A program made the translations under genes and the position numbers. The notes under the pieces were generated by a model, which saw only the letters and a program-made list of their open reading frames with translations, was not told where the DNA came from and did not search any database. Positions 34,982 through 46,153 of a stretch of DNA of 64,000 nt are shown one piece after another (the first letter of the stretch is position 1; every line of letters begins with the position of its first letter). Origin of the DNA: Pachysolen tannophilus NRRL Y-2460. Taxonomy: Eukaryota. The stretch covers positions 450,954-514,953 of the forward strand of contig KV454014.1 in the NCBI GenBank assembly GCA_001661245.1, written 5' to 3'.

Positions 34982-36235
34982 ATAGCTAACAAATCCAGAC
35001 CAAGACAGACCAGAGGTTTACGTTACAAGAAGTACGTATATGGTGTAAAGCAAAATGATATTCCAAATACTGGAGATGGTGATGGTGATGGCGATGTCGA
35101 AGAGGAAGAAGAGGAAACGGAACATGATCGGATGGCTAAAATGCTGATTGGTAATGGTGATGGTGATGGTGATAATAGTCAAGAAGTTGGGTATGGGCAA
35201 GTTTCGAAACTTCCAATAGAATTGATTTATTTAATTTTGGCAAAATATTTATCAGTTAAGTCATCATACTTATTGCTCAATAAATGGTTATTCCATTTAC
35301 TTTCTCCAATACTTTATGAGCAGCCAGTACTTTCCAGTAAAAATTTTTTCAGTTTTGTTGAGACTTTATCTTCTTCTCCAAGGAAAAAATATTATGGGTC
35401 GCTTGTCAAACATTTGGATTTAAGTACCATTATTCAATCTGGGAAAAATTCGTTTGTTTCTAGATTGTTGAGACGTTGTTCTTTAAACTTGATTAGTTTC
35501 ATAGCACCTCAAACGAGCTTTGGCTATGCACCATTAGTTAGTTTAAGGGCATGCCATAGTTTAAAAGTGTTGGATTTAAGATTGGTTTCAGAAACTGTTA
35601 ATTTAACAGAATTATTTCATAGTATGAAAAATTGCAAAAATTTGGAACAATTATCATTTCCTAGATCATCAGTGGAATGTAAAGACTTTGAAAAAATTGC
35701 ATGGCCTGAAAATTTATCATATTTGCGTTTATCTGGTGGAATAACGAATGAATTTTTAGATTCTGTAAAATTCCCTAAAACAATAAGAACTTTAGAATTT
35801 GCTCATTGTCCATATTTAAACGCAAAAAGTATTTATAAAGTGTTAATGGCATTGGGGAAAAATTTGAAAAGTTTATCGATTCATTATCCTATGCCCAATT
35901 TAGATCAAGATTCCATGAATATGGTGCTAATGTATTGTCGAAACTTAAAGTTCTTGTATATAACCGTTGACTACATTAGCAGTGGATTATTATCTGATTT
36001 CTTGGATGAAGATCATAGTTTAGAAACGTTATGGATTGATTCAAGTGGAACGTTGGGTCAATCTTTTAAATTACATCCTGATGATTTAACTATTGCTATA
36101 AGCGAATACAGATTGCCGAGATTGCGTACAGTCAGGATCAATTATAGGCTCGGGTGGGATACAGCAAGCTCTGATGTCCTGGATTTGGTTGGAATATTAG
36201 AAGATCAAGGTGGTAGCTTATATGTAGTTAGATAA
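34982..36235 (+). CDS. PFU1: F-box/LRR protein, YDR306C (Pfu1) family; probable start at ATA 34982, first in-frame ATG at 35132
   Basis: LPIEL F-box, LSTIIQSGKNSFVSRLLRRC, FIAPQTSFGYAPL, LSFPRSS, LSGGITNEF, HPDDLTIAI and LEDQGGSLY. The frame is open back to 34970, and from 34982 reads (I)ANKSRPRQTRGLRYKKYV, matching the recalled YDR306C N-terminus. Neighbours PMT and SRB7, like YDR306C-308C. Confidence 0.85.
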   Translation: MANKSRPRQTRGLRYKKYVYGVKQNDIPNTGDGDGDGDVEEEEEETEHDRMAKMLIGNGDGDGDNSQEVGYGQVSKLPIELIYLILAKYLSVKSSYLLLNKWLFHLLSPILYEQPVLSSKNFFSFVETLSSSPRKKYYGSLVKHLDLSTIIQSGKNSFVSRLLRRCSLNLISFIAPQTSFGYAPLVSLRACHSLKVLDLRLVSETVNLTELFHSMKNCKNLEQLSFPRSSVECKDFEKIAWPENLSYLRLSGGITNEFLDSVKFPKTIRTLEFAHCPYLNAKSIYKVLMALGKNLKSLSIHYPMPNLDQDSMNMVLMYCRNLKFLYITVDYISSGLLSDFLDEDHSLETLWIDSSGTLGQSFKLHPDDLTIAISEYRLPRLRTVRINYRLGWDTASSDVLDLVGILEDQGGSLYVVR

Positions 36236-36265
36236 CTGTAACAAACAGGTCATCATCTATTCAAC

Positions 36266-36303
<38 letters not shown>

Positions 36304-36745
36304 TACATTATTCTTTAATTTATCGTTATTACTTTTATTTTTTTTTTCATTCTTCTTCTGCTATACCATTGCTTTATATCTACTATAGAGCTTCAACAGT
36401 AGACTTTCTTCTGCTCATCCTTTGGTTTCTTACTACGGCTATTAGAGATCAAATTCTCATCTTCAACTTTTTGTTGTCTTTTTGATTTTTTGATTTTTTA
36501 ATTTTCCAAAGATACCTTTTATATTTAACGTGTATAAATTATTTAAAGTGTTAAATCATCATATATACTCAGGTAGCAGCAGGTAAAAAAAAAGAAACGA
36601 AACGAAAACCTCAAGGAGAGTAGGAGCTGAATATTGAAGTGTCATTCATTGGGATAAGTTAAGATAAGTTTTTTCCAATTTGGTTTAATCTAGAGTTGCA
36701 ATTTTCTATTTTGAAAAATATTTGAAACATCATATATTTGGAAAC

Positions 36746-38992
36746 ATGAAGCTGCGCCAACTAGAAAAGGAATCAAGTGATAATGATCTTGAAAAATACT
36801 TGACGACGTATGAATCTGGTACAAGAAGAGATTTTTATAAATCAACTCCAGATTCTGAGTTATTCCATAATCTAACTAAGTTCAATTCTAAACTTGAAGT
36901 GGTTGGCTATACGGTTTTAGCATTATTTGCGATAGTTATAAGGCTTTATAATATTTCAGAACCAGATTCAGTTGTATTTGATGAGGTTCATTTTGGTGGT
37001 TATGCTAGGAAATATCTTAAGGGGATTTACTTTGTTGATGTTCATCCACCATTGGTTAAGTTAATTTATGCCATGTTCTTGAAATTGGGGAAATTTAGAG
37101 GTGATTTTGAATTTAGTAATATTGGTGATAGTTATGTAACTAGTGAATATGAGGTTCCTTATATACCAATGAGATTATTCTCTGCATTTTGTGGTATTTG
37201 TACAGTATTACTTACTTATAGAATATTGAAAGTTTCAGGTTGTAAACCTATTATTTGTTGGTTGGGATCATTTTTGTGTTGTATTGAGAATTCATTAATA
37301 ACTCAATCAAGATTAATCTTGTTAGATTCTCCGTTAATATTTTTCATTACTTTAAGTATTTTCAGTTTCAAGATGTTTCAAATATCAGTACCATTTTCTA
37401 AAAATTGGTTTAGATACTTGACTATTTTGGGGTTTGCATTAGGATTAACAATTAGTTCCAAATGGGTCGGATTTTTCACTTATGCTTACATTTTATTATT
37501 AGTGCTAAAACAGCTATGGTTTATTATTGGAGATTTGAGTATTTCAAACAAAATACTAGTAAAACATATTTCATCAAGAATTTATTTTTTGGTCATAACA
37601 CCATTAGTTTTTTACCTTGGATTTTTCTCAATTCATTTCATGCTTTTAACAAAAGTAAGTGGTGATTCATCACTTATGTCTCCCGCTTTTCAAAATGGGT
37701 TTGAAAATTCCATTGTGCATGACTATTATGCTGATGTAATTCATGGTTCTACAATCACTATAAAACATGTTGGAACAGGAGGTTATTTACATTCTCATAG
37801 TCTGGTATATCCAGGTTCGGGACAACAACAAGTTACTCTGTACTCTTTCCAAGATGTTAACAATGACTGGGTGATAGAAAGAGTAAATAAATCTATAATT
37901 CCATCGAAAATTTTACAAAAACATGATGTTGTTAAAGATAGAGCAAAAGTAAAACTTTTCCATGTAAAAGAACAAAAATACTTGAGAGTAAATGATGCAA
38001 GACCACCAGTTAGTGATCAAGAATATAATAATGAGGTTACCTTATTTGGTGATGCCAATTATACTGCAGCAGATCAAAATGAGGTATATGAGATTAAAAT
38101 AATTAAAGATAGATCAAAATTAAACGATGATGCTCAAAAAAGGTTAAAAGCAGTTGATACTGTTTTCCAAATTTACCACAAAGGAACTGGATGCACCTTA
38201 ATATCGCATAATGTTAAACTCCCTGATTGGGGATTTAATCAAAATGAAGTAATTTGTATTGAAAAACCAACATTAGAAAACACATTATGGTACATCGAAG
38301 GAAATACAAATCCATTATTTGATGAAGATCCAGTAAAATTTAAGAAAATTGATTTCAAGAATTTAAATTTTTTGGAAAAATTTGTTGAAGTTCATAAAAT
38401 CATGTGGAGAGTCAATAAAAGTTTAACTCAGAAACATAATTTTGAAAGTAAACCTGAATCATGGCCTTTTTTATCAAGAGGAGTTAGTTATTGGACTGAA
38501 GATCATAGAAATATATATTTCCTTGGTAATTACGTAATATATTGGTTGACTTCTACATTCCTTATTGCTTATGTGATATTCAAAGTTTCAACAGCATTGA
38601 ATGTGTTAAGACCAAGTTATTTTGTTAATTTATCAAAAATTACAGTTGTTCCAGCTACTGTATTATACGATTCTAATTGTCTTGAATATTTAATTGGTTG
38701 GTTTTTCCATTACTATCCATCATTTTTAATGAAAAGACAAATGTTCTTACATCATTATTTACCTTCTTTATATTTCAGTATATTATTGTTAGCCCAATCT
38801 TTACAATTCATTTATTCTAAAAATCGTATGATTGGGTACTTTTTAATTTTTTCTATTGGAATTACCAGTTTGTACTTTGGATTTATAAAATATGCTCCAT
38901 TAATTTATGCTTTGAATTGGAATTATCAAGATTGTATTGATTCCAAATTACTCAATACTTGGGACATTAACTGTGAAGCATATTTACATTAA
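36746..38992 (+). CDS. Dolichyl-phosphate-mannose:protein O-mannosyltransferase (PMT1-subfamily-like, at PMT7-syntenic position)
   Basis: VVFDEVHFG, DVHPPL, SRLILLDS, MIR domains (YLHSH, QQQVT, LPDWGFNQNEV) and RQMFLHHYLP. First ATG at 36746. Confidence 0.92.
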   Translation: MKLRQLEKESSDNDLEKYLTTYESGTRRDFYKSTPDSELFHNLTKFNSKLEVVGYTVLALFAIVIRLYNISEPDSVVFDEVHFGGYARKYLKGIYFVDVHPPLVKLIYAMFLKLGKFRGDFEFSNIGDSYVTSEYEVPYIPMRLFSAFCGICTVLLTYRILKVSGCKPIICWLGSFLCCIENSLITQSRLILLDSPLIFFITLSIFSFKMFQISVPFSKNWFRYLTILGFALGLTISSKWVGFFTYAYILLLVLKQLWFIIGDLSISNKILVKHISSRIYFLVITPLVFYLGFFSIHFMLLTKVSGDSSLMSPAFQNGFENSIVHDYYADVIHGSTITIKHVGTGGYLHSHSLVYPGSGQQQVTLYSFQDVNNDWVIERVNKSIIPSKILQKHDVVKDRAKVKLFHVKEQKYLRVNDARPPVSDQEYNNEVTLFGDANYTAADQNEVYEIKIIKDRSKLNDDAQKRLKAVDTVFQIYHKGTGCTLISHNVKLPDWGFNQNEVICIEKPTLENTLWYIEGNTNPLFDEDPVKFKKIDFKNLNFLEKFVEVHKIMWRVNKSLTQKHNFESKPESWPFLSRGVSYWTEDHRNIYFLGNYVIYWLTSTFLIAYVIFKVSTALNVLRPSYFVNLSKITVVPATVLYDSNCLEYLIGWFFHYYPSFLMKRQMFLHHYLPSLYFSILLLAQSLQFIYSKNRMIGYFLIFSIGITSLYFGFIKYAPLIYALNWNYQDCIDSKLLNTWDINCEAYLH

Positions 38993-39085
38993 ATAGAAAC
39001 ATTTAAAATTTAGACATTAAAAAATATAATAAAATGATTATATATATATATAACTTACAATAATTGTTAATGTATTTTTTTTTTT

Positions 39086-39578
39086 TTAATCTCTACTTTT
39101 AGCAATTCCATCAGCAACTTCTAATATCAATTCATTAATCCAATCTAATAATTCATTTTTCCTTTTAATAGCCAGTTTTTTCTCTTTTTCAACTTTTGTT
39201 AGTTCTATTTGCAAACTTTCAATTTTTTCCACTTGTTCTTTCTTTGTAACACCTACCCCAGGTAATGAATCTATTACTGTTAAAATTTGCCGTGTTTTAA
39301 GAATTAAATCTGAACTTAATTCATTTATTGCACCATTAAACTCTTCTTCTGGAATAATTGTTGCCAAAGGATCTGTCATTTTCTCTTCTCCAATCTCTGT
39401 GGGTATAAAATCATGATGTTTATCTACATAATTAAGTGTTGAACAAAATTGTTCTATAAGCTATTAATATTTTCAAGTTAGTTTTTTATTCCAATACAGA
39501 TATAAATTTAAAAAATAAATAAACATGAATACTTACTTGATCTAAACAAATCTGAAGTTGGGTCAATCTATCTGCCAT
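39086..39578 (-). CDS. SRB7: Mediator subunit Med21/Srb7, spliced
   Basis: Exon 1 39537-39578 (MADRLTQLQICLDQ). Intron 39461-39536: GTAAGT...AACTAAC...TAG. Exon 2 39086-39460 (LIEQFCSTLNYVDK...IDSLPGV); 138 aa. Confidence 0.96.
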
Positions 39579-39827
39579 CTTCTCACCTTTTGATAATAAT
39601 TTCCACCAAATCTTATGATTGAATAATTATTTTATTTAACAATGTATTAAATAAACTTATATATTATATTATATTATATGCACACAAAAATTTGATCAAA
39701 AATATATAAATTTTATATAAATAAACCCGAATAACAATTATACCACTTAAAACTCCCAAAATAAAACACCGGTAAATCAAGAAAAGAAAGAACAGAAAAA
39801 AGCAGAAAAGGAATAAGAGTTTGATAC

Positions 39828-40734
39828 TTATGTGGTTTTTTTCTTGGATTCCTTTTTTAATTCTTTAATTTCCTTGTAAATACATGATAATTTGTTTTTT
39901 AAATTAATAATTTCAATACAATTATAAACACCTTTTTCGAAAAATTTTTTTGATTCTTTTAATTGGAAAGGGACTAAGATTCCAAACATATTAATTGGAT
40001 CTCTATAAGGAAGATCTTTTTTTTCAAATGTCATTGACTTTTTTTGTAAAGTAAAATTTTCATTCTTTTGATTTCTATTGCGTAAAGTGGAAAATTCCTT
40101 TTCGTTATTATTATCTTCATTTTCCAGTATTTCCTTTTCCTTTGTTTCTAATAAGTTTTTTTTTTGTAATTCTAACAAATCAATTAATTTCAAATTGTTA
40201 TTTTCATCAGTTTCACTTCAAAATGAGTAATATGAGTTAGTAAATGATCATGATCTTCTTTTTTTTTCTCTCTTATATAAAAATAATTAATATTAAAATT
40301 ACTTACACAATTTTTATTGCTTTGACTTCTCTTAAATCGTAATAATCTCTATTAAACCTTCTATGGTTATTACCATTAGCATAATTGGCTCTCGACAAAT
40401 TAATGAACCCATTAACGAAATTCATCCTATACTCTTGACATTTTAATTCATACTTGTTTAATAAATTTAAATATTCAATCATTTTTAAATCCATATATGA
40501 CTGTAAATTTTTATTATTTTGATCATCACCATCTTCATGTAACATTGTAGATGTGGAAAATTTGGAAATTAAATCTTCTGGTAAATCATCAGTTTCACTT
40601 TCAATTCCACTTTCAGTTCCACTTTGTGTGCTACTTTCTTCCCTTAGAGAATCATCAACCTTATTTCTCGATAAGTTTTCAACGTCTTGGCTCAAGGACA
40701 GACTACCGTTAACCTCATTCAATACTAATGACAT
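39828..40734 (-). CDS. VMA22: V-ATPase assembly factor Vma22/CCDC115, spliced
   Basis: Exon 1 40307-40734 (...GFINLSRANY...YDLR). Intron 40216-40306: GTAAGT...TACTAAC...AAG. Exon 2 39828-40215 (DPINMFGILVPFQLKES). Joins two ORF-track pieces in frame; 271 aa. Confidence 0.88.
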
Positions 40735-41602
40735 TACCAACCTCTTTCCAAGACCCAAAAATATAAAAATAAAAAGAAAAAAGATGAATAAAAAAAAAAA
40801 GCCTCCCAGATCTAATTTGAACTTTGAACTTTGAACTTTGAAATATTTACAAATCTATAGTTGAAGTTGAAGATGAAGTTAAAAAGTTATCTCTTCTCTT
40901 CTCCTTTCCTTTTGTTTTGTTTTTCTACCTTTTTCTTTTTTTTTCTTTTGCGATTTTTTGTTTGCGCTTACAAACATGGATTTTTTATATATAATCGAAA
41001 ATCAAAAGAAAAGGTTCTCGATGTGTAGTCAACGACAGTTACCTTAAAGACAGAAATAGCAAGTTTAGACAGATGAGATGATCACGTCAGATCTTTAGAT
41101 ATATATGGCGGATTAAATAAAAAAATCTAAACTACAAACTTGTACATACTCGTAATAATTGCAACTACAGAATTGGAAATAAATGTAGGAACCAAAAAAT
41201 AATTTACAAATTGAATCTCACTTTACTCACTCAACATCTTTCTATTTTTCTAATCTCTTTTAATCTCTTTTAATCTCTACTAATCTCTAATCTCTGTGGC
41301 TACCGCTGTTACTGTTACTGTTACCGTTACCGCTACTGCTGTTACCGCCGTCGTTACCATACTAATAGAAACAAAACAATAAAAACAGGTAGTGCACCGA
41401 AACACACAAAAGTTGTTTTTTTTTGTTTACATTTTCTGTAAACAGCGAAAAACAAAAAAAAATAAAAACAAAAACACAAAACAAAACAAAACAAAACAAT
41501 TTTCTAATATTATAACAAATAAGTTCACGGTGAAAGAGTATTAGATTGATGTTCTTGTGAGGACAAAAAAAAAAAGACATAGAGCGCTTATTTTTTTTTG
41601 GT

Positions 41603-44600
41603 ATGAGTGAGTTACTAGATAATGGGAATATTCGACAGAGGTTTTATGATTTGCAAAGTATTGAGGCCGGTGAAAGAAAAGAAGGTGAAGAAGAAGTAGA
41701 AGAAGAACTTGGAGGTGCAGGTGTAAATGAGGGTGACGTAAAGAATCGTTTAAATAATATAAATAATTTAAATACTGGTGTTATTCAATTAAAGCCCGAA
41801 TTTGAAGACTCGATGCTTCAGTTGGCAAATCAGTTTGAAAACTCGTTGAGTATTAGTGATAAAGAAGTTTCTAAAGAGGAAAATATGTTACAATTTGATT
41901 CTAAAGATATTCCCGAATTGGATAAAGTGATACGGAATGATTTGTCACCTAGGAAATATATTGTTAACGCTGATAGGGGCGGCAGCGCTAAAGATGGGAA
42001 CTTACCAGCAGCAATAGCGGCAACAGCAACAGCACCTAATGCTGGTGCTATTGAGAATAATGATAATCAACAAAATCAAAATTTAAGTTGGTTGCCATCT
42101 CTTTTAAAAGATGAATGGCCCGATGATGAAGCAACAAATAAAAGTAAAAGTAATCCAAGTTCAAATAATTTTGATGGATATTACTATGGTGATGATGATG
42201 ATAATAATAATAATAATAACAATTTCACGGAATCGGTTTTAATTCATCGCAGTGTTGCTGGTTCTCCAGAAAGACAACCAGATTGGAAAAGAGCAGCTAT
42301 TGATGCACAACAACGAAGAATTAATATACAGCCTAAATTAAACGAATATTTTATTCTGCCAGAAAGTCTTAAAACTAGTAATTTTTCTGAATCAAATAAT
42401 AATATTAATTTTCAACAACAACAACAACAAGATCAAAGGCAATTGACTATAGATTCTTCAGCTTTTAATACTGCATTTAAATTATTTGGTCAACATAATA
42501 GTTTTACCCAAAATAAATTAAACCAAATTATTGATGATATTGAAAACGTTAACAAGTTAAAAGAAACACCCGATAAAAATAATCAAATAAGTGATAATCC
42601 AAATTTCCATTATGAAAGTAGTCAAACTGAAGATTATTTGAAAAATGCAGAAGCTTTATTTGCAAATTTAAAATCAAAAGGAGCTCCTGATTTTAACCCA
42701 CAACTGCTTCCTCAATATGAAGTAACAACAACAACAGATAGCTCATCTAGTATGGATCTTTACCCGGAATCCCAGGATCAACATGAAATGGTTCAATCAG
42801 TTCATGAACTAGAAGAATCTAAAGATGATACTGAATCATCTACAAGCTCTGGTATTTATCATACAGAGCAATCTATAGATCATCATAATTCAATACCTCA
42901 TAAAAGTCCAGATCAAGGTAACTACACAGAAACTTCTGAGAGTTTTAATGATTCTGAAGATTACCAGCTGGAAACTTTTCCTCATGGAAGAAGTGATGAA
43001 ATTTTTATAAATAATCACTACGAAGAAGAAGAAGAAGAAGAAGAAGAAGAAGAACAGAAATCTGATATATCTCATCTCGAAGATTTGAAACTGAAATACA
43101 ACACCACTTTTCCTTTGCTTCAAGAAGAAAATAAGATTCAAACCCCCAAATTGAAAAACGTTATTTATAGAAAACCAACTTTGATTAAACCGGAGGATTT
43201 TGGAATGGAATTGGATAAAAATAAAAAAGAATGGATAGTTCCTGAAGAGAATAATGAAAAATTAATGGAAGATAAAGAAAATGACGAAAGAGTTCTGGCC
43301 TTGAACGCAATAAATGATTTGACCACTATGCGTCATAAAAATAATAAACAAATAAATAATAAAGATTTTGTTAATGACTCAAAAAGGCAAAATTCAAGTA
43401 TTTTAAAATCTGCAACCCCATCTATTTTGAAATCTAGAGATACGAATTCGAAATTAGAAGTTTCATTTAGAGTTCCAAGTGGTCATAAATCAAGAGATGG
43501 AGGTGAAGGAGATGATGATAAAGATGATACTTTTCATAATAGATCTCAATCGAAAAGTAAATCATTTGGTTTCGATGATATAACACATGCATCACAACTT
43601 GAAGATATTTCGTTTTCTGAATCAAAGAAAAAATTAATTAGTGTGTTAACTATAGTTGAACCTAGTGGGAATTGGGATGAAATATTGGAATTGAACCTTA
43701 GTGATTTGGGTCTTGAACATTTGAAAGATTTTTATAAATTTATTCCTAATTTGAAAGAAATAGATTTATCAAATAATAATATCAAATTTGTGAATGATTT
43801 ACCTACAAAGATTCAAAAATTGATACTTAAAAATAATCTGTTAGATGGTCTTTGTTCATTTGAAAAATTTCATGATTTACATTATTTAGATATAAGTTCA
43901 AACTCTTTTGATAAAATTATTGATTTGAATAGCTTATACAATATCACAAACATTATAGCGTCTAGTAATGTGATTAATTCACTTGATGGATTAAATTCTT
44001 TAGGTACATTGATTGAATTGGATTTGAGTAATAACAAATTGAGAGGGAAAATAGATTTTAATCAATTTAAATTACCGAATCTTCAAAATTTGAATCTTAG
44101 TGGGAATGAAATTACTCATTTAAAAGGTTTAAGTAAATTAACTCTGTTGGTAACGTTACGAGCTGATGAAAATAATTTGGAAACAATTGAGTTTGAAACT
44201 GTACATATGAAATTGAAAAAAATATGCTTAGAAATGAATAATTTAAAAGAATTGAACTGTGAATTTTTCCCTAATTTAAGAGTATTAAGAATTGATGGTA
44301 ATGATATAATATATTTGTCAGGTTGCGATAAGTTAAAGTATTTGGAAGAATTAAGTGCAAAATCTCAACAGCAAGAGAGTATTATAAATGAAATAATTGA
44401 AGAACTTAATGATGTTAAAATGTTGGATTTAGCAGGAACTACAAGTTTAAGATTAAATCAATTTAAATCATCATTTAGTAATGTCACTTCTTTAAATTTA
44501 TCTGCTATGAATATTGAAAAATTACCTTTTAATTTTCATGAAATTTTTTGCAATGTTAGAGATTTAAATTTAAATTTCAATAAATTAACAGATATTTCTT

Positions 44601-45202
44601 CTTTAAAGAATTTGAATAAATTAAAGAATTTATATCTTGTTAGTAATAATTTAAAAGATTTAGAAAGTTTAGTTGATGCATTATCAGGTTCAAGGAAATT
44701 TTTGAAAAGGTTAGATTTAAGATTAAACCCTATTAACAAAGGGTATTATCCGTATGTCTTTTCACCTCATGAGTCTGATAGTAACAAGATTTCTGGTGGT
44801 ACATCTACAAGAAATTATCAAGGAAATCATCTAATTTCAACAGAAGTTAGCGGAGATGAAAATTATACATTAATTCAACTTGATACATTGGATGATATAA
44901 AAAGTTTTACAATTCTTTATAATGCTTTGGTTAAAAATGGAGAGCAAGATAATTCTGATTGGGTTATTAGAGATCGTGCTTTTGTTAATAATTTAAAAAT
45001 TGAACATACTAAAAAATCTAAAAATAATAATGAAGATTCTTTGTATATTAGAAGAAAGAAATATGAGACTATAATGTTAAGATTATGTGGAAGGATTGGG
45101 TTTTTCGATGGAAGATTAATTAAAAAAGAGGATATGATTGATGCCAAAATAATGCTACAAGAAATGAGTAGTGGCAACAGCTCCTCCAGTAGTAATAGTT
45201 AA
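41603..45202 (+). CDS. NUD1: Spindle pole body / MEN scaffold LRR protein Nud1 (Cdc11-like)
   Basis: Long low-complexity N-terminal half, DISFSESKKKLISVLT motif, then many LxxLxLxxN repeats ending LDLRLNP...YP. Confidence 0.8.
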   Translation: MSELLDNGNIRQRFYDLQSIEAGERKEGEEEVEEELGGAGVNEGDVKNRLNNINNLNTGVIQLKPEFEDSMLQLANQFENSLSISDKEVSKEENMLQFDSKDIPELDKVIRNDLSPRKYIVNADRGGSAKDGNLPAAIAATATAPNAGAIENNDNQQNQNLSWLPSLLKDEWPDDEATNKSKSNPSSNNFDGYYYGDDDDNNNNNNNFTESVLIHRSVAGSPERQPDWKRAAIDAQQRRINIQPKLNEYFILPESLKTSNFSESNNNINFQQQQQQDQRQLTIDSSAFNTAFKLFGQHNSFTQNKLNQIIDDIENVNKLKETPDKNNQISDNPNFHYESSQTEDYLKNAEALFANLKSKGAPDFNPQLLPQYEVTTTTDSSSSMDLYPESQDQHEMVQSVHELEESKDDTESSTSSGIYHTEQSIDHHNSIPHKSPDQGNYTETSESFNDSEDYQLETFPHGRSDEIFINNHYEEEEEEEEEEEQKSDISHLEDLKLKYNTTFPLLQEENKIQTPKLKNVIYRKPTLIKPEDFGMELDKNKKEWIVPEENNEKLMEDKENDERVLALNAINDLTTMRHKNNKQINNKDFVNDSKRQNSSILKSATPSILKSRDTNSKLEVSFRVPSGHKSRDGGEGDDDKDDTFHNRSQSKSKSFGFDDITHASQLEDISFSESKKKLISVLTIVEPSGNWDEILELNLSDLGLEHLKDFYKFIPNLKEIDLSNNNIKFVNDLPTKIQKLILKNNLLDGLCSFEKFHDLHYLDISSNSFDKIIDLNSLYNITNIIASSNVINSLDGLNSLGTLIELDLSNNKLRGKIDFNQFKLPNLQNLNLSGNEITHLKGLSKLTLLVTLRADENNLETIEFETVHMKLKKICLEMNNLKELNCEFFPNLRVLRIDGNDIIYLSGCDKLKYLEELSAKSQQQESIINEIIEELNDVKMLDLAGTTSLRLNQFKSSFSNVTSLNLSAMNIEKLPFNFHEIFCNVRDLNLNFNKLTDISSLKNLNKLKNLYLVSNNLKDLESLVDALSGSRKFLKRLDLRLNPINKGYYPYVFSPHESDSNKISGGTSTRNYQGNHLISTEVSGDENYTLIQLDTLDDIKSFTILYNALVKNGEQDNSDWVIRDRAFVNNLKIEHTKKSKNNNEDSLYIRRKKYETIMLRLCGRIGFFDGRLIKKEDMIDAKIMLQEMSSGNSSSSSNS

Positions 45203-45378
45203 TAGGACAATATATATATATATTTTTTAGCTTATCATAATTTGTATATTACCATTGTGCTTTTTTTTTTTTTCTTTTTAATTTAGATATAAATGATTTA
45301 TATATGTATATTATTACATGTGGATTTGGGATTTTGATAAATAAATAAATGAATAAATAAATAAATAAATAAATAAAA

Positions 45379-45969
45379 TTATATGTTGGGTGGTAATAAA
45401 ATTGCTGCAACTTGACTAGGAGATCTCTCTGTGGCTAATAAATCATAACTCAATACTGCATGTTTTGTATCACTAACTTCGTATTGAATCCCTAATTTGC
45501 TTAAGCTTTTCTTTGTATTTTCATGTAAAATTCTTGATTTTTTACCTAATCCAATGACTAATAATTCAGGTTTTGGATGAATTAATTCCAAAAATTGGAA
45601 AATTGAACCTGATCCATCTTGATCTAATATCTCAATCATAAAATCCTTATAGTTATTAAACCCGTTTTTAGACAAATTTAACTGATAAATCTCATTGTTC
45701 AACAAAAAAGATGCCATCACATGTCCTTGTCTATTTGGTGACTTGATAACTGAAAGATTACTAAATATTATTGAATCATTACTTATCATTTCAATATTAT
45801 TCTTTGGTTCACCAATTGCACCTAATATATCGATTTGTGAAAGTCTTTGCCCCACATTCGCAGGTTTAAACCCAGGAACTGACCTATTTAAAATTAAAGA
45901 CGTGTGGAAACACCTTTTCAATAACCTTTCCAATACCGATACCCTCATGATTAACCCATTCATAATCAT
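45379..45969 (-). CDS. Complex I assembly factor NDUFAF3 (DUF498/Mth938 fold)
   Basis: HPKPELLVIGLG, LGIQYEVSDT and YDLLATERS...AAILLPP; presequence-like N-terminus. Start codon uncertain. Confidence 0.8.
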   Translation of the reverse strand: MIMNGLIMRVSVLERLLKRCFHTSLILNRSVPGFKPANVGQRLSQIDILGAIGEPKNNIEMISNDSIIFSNLSVIKSPNRQGHVMASFLLNNEIYQLNLSKNGFNNYKDFMIEILDQDGSGSIFQFLELIHPKPELLVIGLGKKSRILHENTKKSLSKLGIQYEVSDTKHAVLSYDLLATERSPSQVAAILLPPNI

Positions 45970-46153
45970 CTTTTGCCCTATATTCAATTATATAAAATGT
46001 ATTTGAAATTGTTTTAGTAGTTGATGTTTTTCAAAACTTTTTTTACGTACAGTAAAAAGATGAAAAAATAATTATGAAGTCGAAGAAGAAAATATATAAT
46101 ATTTAAAGAAAAAGAAAAGAATACAAGAATATATCAATAAGATTGTATTAAAA

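Noticed and set aside
34711..34998. Intron explaining the missing ATG of the F-box gene (GCTAAC 34985 as branch point, or TAG 34983-34985 as acceptor)
   Set aside because: No ATGG|GT donor upstream in the intergenic region. GCTAAC encodes the conserved Ala-Asn and is too close to the next CAG.
41280..41360. GTTACY/GCTACT hexamer array reading as a 26-codon V/T/A ORF on the minus strand
   Set aside because: Simple degenerate repeat in the VMA22-NUD1 intergenic region; too short and low-complexity to call.
43022..43053. (GAA)n run in NUD1, plus other CAA/AAT runs in KOG1 and the SSP1-like gene
   Set aside because: Ordinary in-frame homopolymer amino-acid tracts typical of AT-rich yeasts.
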